DNA of 64,000 nucleotides, taken from NCBI GenBank assembly GCA_964035545.1, contig OZ037767.1, positions 14,059,801 through 14,123,800 of the forward strand, read 5' to 3'. The notes below the pieces were generated by a model. It saw nothing but the letters and a program-made list of their open reading frames with translations, did not search any database and had not been told where the DNA came from. The position numbers and the translations under genes were made by a program. The DNA comes from Bugula neritina. Lineage: Eukaryota > Animalia > Bryozoa. Every line of letters begins with the position of its first letter. The first letter of the stretch is position 1. Shown piece by piece: positions 53,701-64,000 of the stretch.

Positions 53701-55439
53701 CAGTAAATCTTCATCTATCTGAAATTGGTCAGATTATTTTAGTTTAAGTTAAAATAATATTTATAAACGCAGTTGATATGTCGATTTTAAATAAACAACA
53801 ATTTATCAAGTTAAACATAAACTGCTTGGTCTGATTGGCCGTAGGGTGTGGCTATTGGCAAGTGCCCGAAGGACAAGCTGTTCCGGTCCTACATTGACTT
53901 GGAGATCCAGCTGAGAGAGTTTGAAAGGTGCCGCATCCTCTACCAGAAGTTTTTAGAATTCAACTCTGAGAACGTGATGACGTGGATAAAGTTTGCCGAG
54001 CTGGAGACGCTGCTTGGCGAGACGGAGCGTGCTCGAGCTATTTATAACCTGGCCGTTCAGCAACCGAGACTGGACATGCCAGAGGTATGTCTGTTTGTCT
54101 GCTCTCTTTTCAAGGTCAACTCAAGGCCGAGTATGTGAATATGCAAAAGAAACTATTTTGATAAATTTTACAAGTTTTCAAGTTTTGGCGTTTGATAAAC
54201 CTTTACTGTATTCTTGCAACTTCTCTGTTGATAATGGAACTAATTAGAGTAAGAATGGTGGAGATTTGATAGACTAAGTGTTGGTGTGTGCAGGTGCTGT
54301 GGAAGAGTTACATAGACTTTGAGATAGAGTTGGAGGAGTATGACAATACTAGGAAACTGTACGAGTTGCTGCTGGAACGTACTCGCCATATCAAGGTAGG
54401 GAGAAGTCTGCTGTCTTGTAGTTGCGTCGTGTGTGTACAAGTACAACATCTTCTCATCTTTATAGTCGTTGAAAATTATGTGGTACTGAACGGAAAGGCT
54501 ATCTCTGCTCTAATCACTCAAGTAGAACTGCAGAATTGATTTTTGCATTTTGAATAAACATGTCACAGAAGTTCTAGCATGATATTTTATCAGTTTGAAT
54601 GTTTTATTTTATCAAACGTGTTATTTTGATCTTCGGTTAGTACTACAATCAATCTATTCGTTGGCCCAATATACTTCTAGATTTGATACCATACAGGCCA
54701 TAACTCTTTCGTATTTTCCTGAAAGATTGTATAAATGTATGCGTTCATATGATTAGTTTGAAACTGGGTGGTTGTACGCAGGTGTGGCTAAGTTACGCTC
54801 AGTTTGAGATGACTACAGGGGCGGATGACTCTGCAGCCAAGTGTCGGAATGTCTACAAGAAGGCTAATGACAGTCTGAAGGATGACTCCAGTGCCAAAGA
54901 GGAGAGAGTCATGCTGCTTGAGGCCTGGAAACAGCACGAGGTAATAGCGTTATGGCTGCTCGGATTATTTTAGCTACTTCCTGTGTGCGCAGTGTCTTCA
55001 GATTACTTGTGTTTTATAGTTTGACTACGGCGACAATGAGAGTCAAGAGAGTGTTGATAAACTGATGCCTAAGAAGGTGAAGAAGAGAAGGAAAGTGACG
55101 GCAGAAGACGGGGTAAGTATCCTTCTTTCTCGAGATTGACCGAGAGTGTGGATGTCACTCTTTCCATTGGCTTTGCCAGTAGCCGTCCTTTAATTCAGTC
55201 TGAAATATTAGCTTTCAGTTTATTCACTGTTGTAGTCCAGTGACATGTATTAGCTAATATTTACCTGCTGTTATAAATGTGTATTAGCTAATATTTACCT
55301 GCTGTTGTAGTCTGATGCCGGGTGGGAGGAATACTTTGACTACATCTTTCCTGACGATGCTAGTGCTCAGCCTAACCTGAAGCTTCTCGAGAAAGCTAAA
55401 CAGTGGAAACTTAAGAAGCCCCAGGAAGCTGCTGAATGA
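50051..55439 (+). CDS. CRNKL1: Crooked neck-like protein 1 (HAT-repeat pre-mRNA splicing factor, Clf1/Syf3)
   Basis: Exons 50051-50113, 50260-50349, 50447-50509, 50950-51125, 51452-51581, 51771-51919, 52074-52215, 52461-52622, 52759-52959, 53292-53432, 53845-54084, 54294-54395, 54782-54940, 55020-55112, 55311-55439. Motifs: [61 protein letters not shown]...[13 protein letters not shown]. Confidence 0.97.
50633..50890. repeat. (AGT/AGC/GGT)n trinucleotide microsatellite in CRNKL1 intron
   Basis: Direct reading. It accounts for the poly-S/L/T/V ORFs. Confidence 0.95.
51567..51726 (+). repeat. 33-bp tandem repeat copying a CRNKL1 donor junction (~5 copies)
   Basis: gcaggttgtaggcag|gtgagttgacatattgtg with GTGAGT at 51582, 51615, 51648 and 51681, and a decayed ctgagt at 51714. 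Confidence 0.92.
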
Positions 55440-56242
55440 ATGACTTTACAAAGCTTACAGGGTTTCCCAGAAGTCCTGGTTTAGGTTTTTTAAAATATAT
55501 TTGTATATAAATATCTGTGAATATTGTAAATATATAAAAATATAGAATAAATGTACAGTGATACAATGAGCAATTGAGTTTGGTTTAGAAAAAATAATAC
55601 ACAGACGTGGAGTGAGACACCTGGAACATTAATAATATCGAGTTTATGTGGCACTAGGCTACAATATATAGGCTAAAAATAGCTTTCAAAATAATACTTT
55701 CAGTCTGTTACTTCATTCTTACTGACAAAAAATGTCATAACAGCATTCATCAAACCAAAAACATTATTTTAGTAATATATGAACACAGCTCCAACTAAAT
55801 TCAGTCACTTTAAAAATGGAAATGTGTTATAGGCACTTTTAAAATTAAGTTATTTCTTGATAAAAACTTGCATTGCTTGAAACCAGCAGTAGCATTCATT
55901 GCTGTGTGAAAAAGGTATAACCATGAAATCATCAAGTACTCTCACAGTGTGCACTATTGCACATTATACATATATACTATACAAAATATTTTAATATAAT
56001 AGAACATTAGGGCAGACTAGCTGTTACGAACAACTACAACAAATTGAATAATGGTTTAAAACATATAAACAATATGAGAAAATATAGGGAAGACAGACGA
56101 ATTCTTGACAGCTCTCATAACTTTGCTTTATCTTAGATTTTACTAATTCCTGCAGAGCTTGCGGGTATCTTTGAGTAGCTGATAGAACAGGATATGCTAA
56201 TTGGGTCTCAGTTGAGGAGACAGAAGCTACCTATGTATGAGC

Positions 56243-59200
56243 TCAGGCTACACCAAAACCAGTACAATTGTCGAGTGACATTTTGAGACATTTGTGAAGT
56301 GTTTCCTTGTTTTCATAGACTGGCAGTTTCAACATATTGACACTAAAATATACAATACACATATTATACATTAACTGCAAGCGGGCAGCATAAGGCATCT
56401 TTTATACAGGAGGTTTTTCAGATCTCAGTGTTGATCCACAGCAAATCGCTAATCATACCTCAGAGCTAATCTACAGCAAATCACTAGTCATACCTCAGAG
56501 TTAATCTACAGCAAATCACTCACCATGTGCTGGCTGAGGGGAGTCGCCGACTACCTGATGACACGACTTGACTTATCGTAAACTTCTGCTCAGCCTCTCC
56601 CCCTCTCAAGTGACAGAAACCTCCAAATGGAACCCTGGAACTACAGGGTCAAGGACAAATTATGCGTATATCTTAATGATAATTATACCCAGTTTGAGTC
56701 TGTAAACATTATTGGGTCCAGTTTGAAAACTTTTCTGTCACGAAAAAAACATCCCATGTTGTTCAAAACAAAATTAAACAATTCTTTTCAATGTCAACGA
56801 AATTATTTCATGCGCACAACTTAAGGTTCGACAATAAAACTTTTTTGCGAGTATAAAAAATTACTCATAAAACTTTCCGACAGGTTACTCACCTTCCTGT
56901 AGTGAACTGCAGGATTTGTACCTTCTCCTCCCTCTCCATGTCATCCAAGATCTCCCAAAACCACTAAATAATAATAACTGAGTTCCAACACATGTGTAGT
57001 ATCAGATGTATTAGTACAAGAGCTAGACAACTACTTCAGAAATTAAAAGCTTTCTATAAAGCTGCATATATCAGAAATTAAATAGACTGAGTTTCTCACC
57101 AGAATGGTTGGATCTGATGGGCTGTATCCTATGTACTCCGTATTCTTTTTCCAATCATCCATATCCACATCTGGTAACCCGGACAGCAGAATCTCCTGTA
57201 AGTGAGCACTAAACATCTGAACAAACCGAGCCCTCAACAAATTATATATATTCATTAGTAAACCACCTTTAATACAGTTAATTATATTTCCATTAGAATA
57301 ACTTCAAAGCTAGAGTAAATTAATCATCAACTTGACAAGAATAGGTGTTATAGCTAACAGTTTTCTTTCCATCCTTTAAGGAGGAACAACTTCTCAATTG
57401 AAGTTAGCTAGAAGTGAATTGATGCTACAGGTAGTTTTAAATCTAAAGAATACCAACTGTATTACTGCATGCATGGGTTATTCGGACTACTTTGAGATTT
57501 TCACATGAATTTCATGGTTTAACTGACACATACGGCTGCAAATCATGACAGCATTTCCACTAAAGAACTATGTAACTTGACATTATGTTAATTAAATAAT
57601 ACACAACAAACTATTTAAAACTACATTCATTTGAATAAAGAGTACATGTTGGACTCACTATATTTCTTAACCCCATTCTTCATAAACCAACAGCTTCCGT
57701 TAATGAAGCAATACTCTATAAAAAAATGTTGCCACAACTGAGATTTGAACGCGAGACCCCTGGCTTGCTAGCAGGCGCGCTAACCATTGTACCACAAGGA
57801 CTACTGGGTAAACTCAACACTACATGCTCACCAGTTCGTACTCGTCAAATATCTTTAGAGCTGTTTCAGGAATAAACTTGTGAAATCCTTGAAGAAAGCT
57901 GTGAATTTGAGGTTGAATAGAGCGGGTCATCTTTAACTCTGTCACTAGCTGTACATACTCATTCTGAAAGGGTTATATATAAACTGTACATACTCATTCT
58001 GAAAGGGTTATATATAAACTGTACATACTCATTCTGAAAGGGTTATATATAAACTGTACATACTCATTCTGAAAGGGTTATATATAAACTGTACATACTC
58101 ATTCTGAAAGGGTTATATATAAACTGTACATACTCATTCTGAAAGGGTTATAATTAAACTGTACATACTCATTCTGAAAGGGTTATATATAAACTGTACA
58201 TACTCATTCTGAAAGGGTTATATATAAACTGTACATACTCATTCTGAAAGGGTTATATATAAACTGTACATACTCATTCTGAAAGGGTTATATATAAACT
58301 GTACATACTCATTCTGAAAGGGTTATATATAAACTGTACATACTCATTCTGAAAGGGTTATATATAAACTGTACATACTCATTCTGAAAGGGTTATATAT
58401 AAACTGTACATACTCATTCTGAAAGGGTTATAATTAAACTGTACATACTCATTCTGAAAGGGTTATATATAAACTGTACATACTCATTCTGAAAGGGTTA
58501 TATATAAACTGTACATACTCATTCTGAAAGGGTTATATATAAACTGTACATACTCATTCTGAAAGGGTTATATATAAACTGTACATACTCATTCTGAAAG
58601 AGTAAATATATAATATATAAACTGTACATACTCATTCTGAAAGGGTTATAATTAAACTGTACATACTCATTCTGAAAGGGTTATATATAAACTGTACATA
58701 CTCATTCTGAAAGAGTTATAATTACGTATATATTATATTACAGCTTTTTATTTTAATCAAATATAAAAAGTTAATGTTCTTTTAATAGAATTGGCCAAGT
58801 ATTAGATAAATAAACTTAGTAATCATCTTTCAGGTCTGTAGTTCATTATATGAAACTATAATATGTTACATAATGACAAAAAGAACATTTCAATAGTAGT
58901 TTTAACCTTTTACAACCGCTCAACAGTAACACACTAGACCGGATTTTCATTTTCATACCACTTTCTCATCACATAACAGAAGTCCACTAAACTTATATTA
59001 GAAGTTCATATTTGGAGGCAAATAAACCTTGTTAGTGAGTTTTCAAGCCACAGCCTCACCCTTGTTTCAAGAAAACTCTATTCTCCACCTAAAATGTAGC
59101 AGCAAACAGGCTAACTGCAAGCACAACACTTCCGGTACCTTGTTTTTGTCTGTAACAGGTATCTTGGCTCCACCCGGCTTCAACTCCGTCAGCTGTTGAG

Positions 59201-62200
59201 CGCCAAAGTTATTTGTCTCCACCACAAAAGTCAGGTCTAGCCCTAAATCTGTGATGTCATTGTCCAAGATCCACTGCAGATTCTTGAAGTATTCAGGGTC
59301 GATAGATTCAACGTCCCGGTAACTAACTGGAATGCCTGAAACATAATGAAAAAGTTGTGACTATACTTTTAATAAACAAACAGCTTTCCTGAAAACTTAT
59401 AAAACATATATATGAATAAAATAGTAGATAAGATCTTATATTTATAGAAGACTCTAGTAAAATAGGATGTGCTTATATAATATTCTAATAGAGCAAGCAC
59501 TAACCTAGGATATGTTTATAGAAGCTTCTATTAAAATAAACACTAACCTAGGATTTGTTTATAGAAGCTTCTAGTAAAATAGACACTAACCTAGGATTTG
59601 TTTATAGAAGCTTCTATTAAAATAGACACTAACCTAGGGTATGTTTATAGAAACTTTTAGTAAAATAGACACTAACCTAGGATATGTTTATAGAAGCTTC
59701 TATTAAAATAGACACTAACCTAGGATTTGTTTATAGAAACTCTTAGTAAAATAGACACTAACCTAGGATATGTTTATAGAAACTCTTAGTAAAATAGACA
59801 CTAACCTAGGATATGTTTACAGAAGCTTCTATTAAAATAGACACTAACCTAGGATTTGTTTATAGAAACTCTTAGTAAAATAGACACTAACCTAGGATAT
59901 GTTTATAGAAACTCTTAGTAAAATAGACACTAACCTAGGATATGTTTACAGAAGCTTCTATTAAAATAGACACTAACCTAGGATATGTTTATAGAAGCTT
60001 CTAGTAAAATAGACACTGACAAGCTGTCTGTGATAAAGAGCCAAGCCTATGATTTGGCCGGCAAAGTTGAAGTAGTTGAGGTGATCGGGATTAACATATG
60101 ACATGGGATTAGGTTGGAATGTGGCGCCATCTGGTGACACGGTGAAGAGCGCATAGTCAGGGTTGAGTAACTCTTGAGAAAGAGCATCAAACCAATCACG
60201 CAGCACGCCAGGACCCTACAAATACGACAAGGTAAAGAATTCAAATTATACGTACAGCAACTGGCCATACAAGTTATTTAGGTGACAAAGTCAAAGTAGT
60301 ATATTTAGCGCTTCATTGCAGCATCAAAGTTACAGCAAAAGAACTACCAAGGGCAGACGAGTCATAATACATCTCGCCCACACTGAGATGACACATTATT
60401 AAACTCCACCCACTAAAGCTAAACTTGGTTAGACTTCACTTATTAAGGCTGCACTTTTTAAAACTTCACCTACTAGCATGCCACAACCTACGGAGCCCAC
60501 ACATTCTTAAACTCCGCCTACTAACACCACATTTGTTAAAATTCTATCTACTGAGTAGAGGCCACACCTTCTTGATTTCAACCCAATGAGACCACATCCA
60601 CTCAAGCCCCACCCACTAAGACCACATCCACTCAAGCCCCACCCACTAAGACCACACCTTCTTAAGCTTCACTCACTAAGACCACGCCCACTTTCAACAA
60701 CTCCATTCACTTACCATACCATCTTCCCCGGCAAATCTGACAGCAAGGTTCTTCTTGAGGTCACTGGGATCTCTTCTGAGAAGCTGGTGGCAGCTGCTGG
60801 TGAACAGAGAGTCTCTGGCTACCAGCATGTCCTCCATGCTGCCGGGAGAGTATATCACACCATTTGACCTCTCCTCTAAATTATTGTGAAACCAGTCTTT
60901 TCGAGCAGAAAATGGCTGTAGAGGAAAAAGAAAATTTTATTCAGCGGCTAAGAAAGTGAAACCCAAGATTTGCACAAAATGGTAAACATATATAATAGCA
61001 TTATATAATAAATAATATAACATTGTATAAAATATAATAGTATAGTATACTATATATATACTAGCATTGTATAATATATATCATATTCTATATAATAACT
61101 TATAATTGATGAATAACTGAAAAAGTTAAATCTGAATCAGATGTTCAAACTAACGGAACATCTCAAGAACATTTTCATAATCGGTTAAAAAAAGTAGCGA
61201 ATTATTTGTCTAAAAATTCAAACAGGAAACAGCATAAATCTTGCCAAAAGTGCTTTGCATACTTGGAAATAATTAAAAGCATGAACATAGTTTTAAATGG
61301 CTTCAAACTTCGTATAATTCTGACTCTGACGTTACGTCTAACTGGGAATCCAGTTTTTGCAAAGTTCTTTTATGGAGTGGAGTTGTTCCACTGTTTTAGA
61401 ACGTTTAGCAGATGGTTTCTCACATGAAGCTTTTAGGTAATGAGATGACGGAAACTCACCTGTATCTTGATAAACCTGAAGAATCTGATATTCAACCTTG
61501 AACTTGTCATCAGGAAGTCAAAGTTGTAGAACAGGTCGTTGGGGTTCCTGAAAAATATTTCACAGCTGCAAATATGTCAGTAAAACAGCTGCGAGTTTAA
61601 AAACTCGACACAAAGTGTATTTTCACAGTACATTAATTTCAACTTTCTCAACTTGAAGATAAAAAGTCTCAATGTTAAGTTAAAATACTAGAAAGACAGG
61701 CAGTATATTAATTAGGAAATACAACTTAATATTCAATATTACATAAAAAGCCAAGAAGTTATGCACTACAAGAGCATGTAGAAATCATATAATTTCAAGC
61801 TACTAGGTCCATAAAGTACCTTTTAATGAGAAATTCAACCTCCTTTTCATGCGCTTCTATGAATTGTAGGAAACTGTCGGGAATCGCCTCCTGCTGCTCA
61901 TGTCCGAGAAGAGACACAAAGTAGAAGGCTTGGATGACGCAGGATATCCTGGGGCAGATGGTGTGTAACTCGATGTCTATTCAAATATTGTAGCTTTCAG
62001 TATTTAACTTTAGTGAATTTATATGTTTGAATGCAAAGAAATGAGGATTCTAGTGCAAAATGAACTAAATATAAAACCAAGTGAATAAAAAATAATGCCA
62101 TGGACATTGAAACATCAGAATTTTTATCATAAAAAGCATCAAGTTGAATTGCTGATCCAACTGTAAAAGTTTCAAAAGACGGAAATATGGGTAAATTGTG

Positions 62201-63695
62201 AGTCAATATTTCATACTCAGTGTTTAACCATCAAAATAAAAAAAATGTGAAAAAATTATCTAATGCATAAAAGTATACCATGATGAGTCTATCTTGTAAA
62301 AATTTCACTTCAATATTAAAAAAATCTACTTCTGAATAAATTTTCCACAAGACGTACCTCTGTGTCGGGTAGAGCTGGAAGATTTATCACTGGAGTTACT
62401 TGATTGACTGCAAGTGGAGGTGGTAGATGCCGTCATAGCGCTGGCAGCGTTACCAGTAGGTGGTGATGCCAAAACACCGGCAGCAGTGTCAGAAGTATTA
62501 CTCGAGCAATCGTCTTCCCCTGTAGAAGTCTTGCAGTCTGAATACTCTTCAGGGGGAAGCAACTTCATTTTCTCAGAGAGTAAATTGAACCAACCCTCCA
62601 TTGAGCTCCACACATCAGCAAGTGGCTAATACATTTAGAAAAAAATTTACAGATCAAAAGGGAAAGAATAGCCTTATTTAACAATCATACAAGAAGTAAG
62701 TTTCCTCAGATGTAGCTAAAGTGCAATGGTTATTTGCTAAGTCTGCTAAGTCTATTTGTTCTGGTGAGCAGTTTACAGTAACTACTAAATTAAATGAGTT
62801 AGTCATAGCAAGGTGACATGAGTCACAAGGTGTCAACACATGTCACTGTAAAACTTGACACATGTCACCTGAAACTTTAGTAATAGCTACTGATGAGTCA
62901 TGACATGTCATTGTACAACCCTAGTGACAACAACTGATAGACAAGACATGACATGTCAAGCACCTGCTGAATTAGTCTGATCTCATGAGCAGTGGCATGC
63001 TTGCAAAGTCCTGATAGGACATTGATACATCTCATCAATGCAAACAGTTCCACGTCAAGAATGCTAAAAGCGGTTAGTAACTTCAGGCCGGCGTTTGTCG
63101 CCATGTCAGCTAAGACATTCAGTACTTCCTCTTTGCAGTCATGGCGTTTAGTGACCTCTTGTAGAATAGTAAGTATCTGTACAGCAAATAAAACGACAAT
63201 AATAGACAGGTGCTAGAACAACCTTATCATATAGTAACCCCTAGCAAATCTTATCCAAGAGCTAAATATGTAATCCACTACCACACCTGTAGCTACAGTT
63301 TTATGAGTACATGCTAATAGTATTAAAAATAAAAACTGAAATATCTAAACAATATAAATAGTCAATAAATACAAGATATTAAAGTAAATGAAGACTGAGA
63401 AAAACTGTCCCACCTTTTTCTCGTCCACCCGATCTAGTATGGTGAGTTGAGTGAGAGGAGTCACAAGGTCACGGTTACTCTCAATCAGTAAACTCACTAC
63501 TCCCACATGCTCTCCCTCTACGGCCATCTCTATTGGATACTGACACTTATTGTTAGCCTTATAAACCGCTCCTTTAGCCAGGAGAAGTTGGAGGCCCGGC
63601 AATTGCCCGTTGGAACAGGCAAAGTGTAGCGGAGTATCTCCTGAATTAGCAGCTTTATTTATGTCAGCCTTATGATCGATCAGTAACTCCATTGA
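56243..63695 (-). CDS. HACE1: Ankyrin-repeat + HECT E3 ubiquitin ligase (5' exons lie beyond the window)
   Basis: Exons 63695-63414 (ankyrin [12 protein letters not shown]), 63176-62964, 62625-62358, 61976-61820, 61547-61460, 60915-60715 (PFSARKDWF), 60215-59978 (NPDYALF...[11 protein letters not shown]), 59335-59139, 57963-57832, 57195-57100, 56963-56893, 56640-56524 and 56342-56243 (LPSASTCVNMLKLP, with the catalytic Cys). Confidence 0.93.
56434..56520 (-). repeat. 35-bp tandem repeat (~2.5 copies) starting inside the last HACE1 donor
   Basis: Minus strand: gtg-agtgatttgctgtagattaactctgaggtatgact-agtgatttgctgtagattagctctgaggtatgatt-agcgatttgctgtggat. Confidence 0.85.
57725..57823 (-). mobile_element. 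tRNA-derived repeat family B, monomer
   Basis: Reverse complement of gtagtgttgagtttacccagtag + ggtacaatggttagcgcgcctgctagcaagcc...gttcaaatctcag. Confidence 0.75.
57949..58722 (-). repeat. 35-bp minisatellite, 22 copies, copying a HACE1 acceptor junction
   Basis: Unit on the coding strand is tttatatataaccctttcag|AATGAGTATGTACAG. The last copy is the real exon start (57963). Confidence 0.95.
59440..60020 (-). repeat. 43-bp minisatellite, ~12-13 copies, copying the last 43 nt of a HACE1 exon and its donor
   Basis: Unit on the coding strand is gttagtgtctattttactagaagcttctataaacatatcctag. The exonic copy (gtcagt...cctag) encodes [14 protein letters not shown]. Real donor at 59977. Confidence 0.95.
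60400..60695. repeat. Degenerate ccacNcc-rich repeat (includes two exact 30-bp copies) just inside a HACE1 donor
   Basis: agaccacatccactcaagccccacccacta occurs twice, plus decayed units. G-rich on the transcribed strand. Confidence 0.75.
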
Positions 63696-64000
63696 CTGTG
63701 TGAAGTAAATACACATGTGTAAGTTTCTTATTCAGAGTAAATAAATTTCTTACTTACACGGGGCTCAAAAACACATAAAATGCAACAACTAATACATAAA
63801 CATAATTTAAAAGTCGCTAGCAAAATAAAATTATTAGTACCATGGCCAACCACAGTGATTAAAAGTAGGAACTGAAGCTAACTTGATATACTAAAATTAA
63901 GAGTAATACAGTTGGGTTAGTACGGTTGGTGCTAATATGAGAAATTAATGCAGAAGACCTATGCCATTAAAACTGTATATACAAGAATGTAATACGATTT

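Noticed and set aside
57949-60020. 35- and 43-bp arrays as CRISPR arrays
   Set aside because: They are head-to-tail units with no unique spacers and no cas genes, in a eukaryotic intron context. The units derive from the host exon junctions.
61206-62206. ORFs within HACE1 introns (61206-61427, 61997-62206)
   Set aside because: Flanking HACE1 exons join in frame without them, and they have no convincing splice sites or homology.
62810-62960. Clustered acatgtca/gtgacatg motifs next to a HACE1 donor
   Set aside because: Irregularly spaced with no definable unit, too weak to count as a junction echo or a regulatory cluster.

Overview
AT-rich, intron-dense eukaryotic (invertebrate animal) genomic DNA; the species cannot be determined from this window. 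I assembled spliced gene models by hand from GT-AG boundaries and reading-frame continuity. They are: an orphan 3-exon basic/coiled-coil gene (+), SPOUT1 (+), a stathmin-domain STMND1/CCDC198-like gene (-) with an upstream RFX X-box, two tandem and strongly divergent T-box genes (+), a Tudor-less lamin B receptor (LBR)/sterol C14-reductase-family gene (-), CRNKL1 (+, head-to-head with LBR) and the 3' part of HACE1 (-). A disabled sulfotransferase terminal exon is also present. Repeats include a Ty3/Gypsy pol remnant, a LINE remnant, two tRNA-derived interspersed families, MITEs and many micro/minisatellites. Five signals stand out. (1) Minisatellites repeatedly straddle exon-intron junctions and copy the splice site, up to 22 copies, always into the intron. 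(2) LBR carries two complete, intact, alternative three-exon 3' ends with identical exon sizes. (3) A minimal Penelope-type hammerhead ribozyme sits in a perfect inverted repeat. (4) A phase-locked (NNTNAN)n hexamer lattice occupies the first introns of three housekeeping genes. (5) The T-box pair has lost canonical DNA-contact motifs. All assignments come from reading the sequence; no searches were run.
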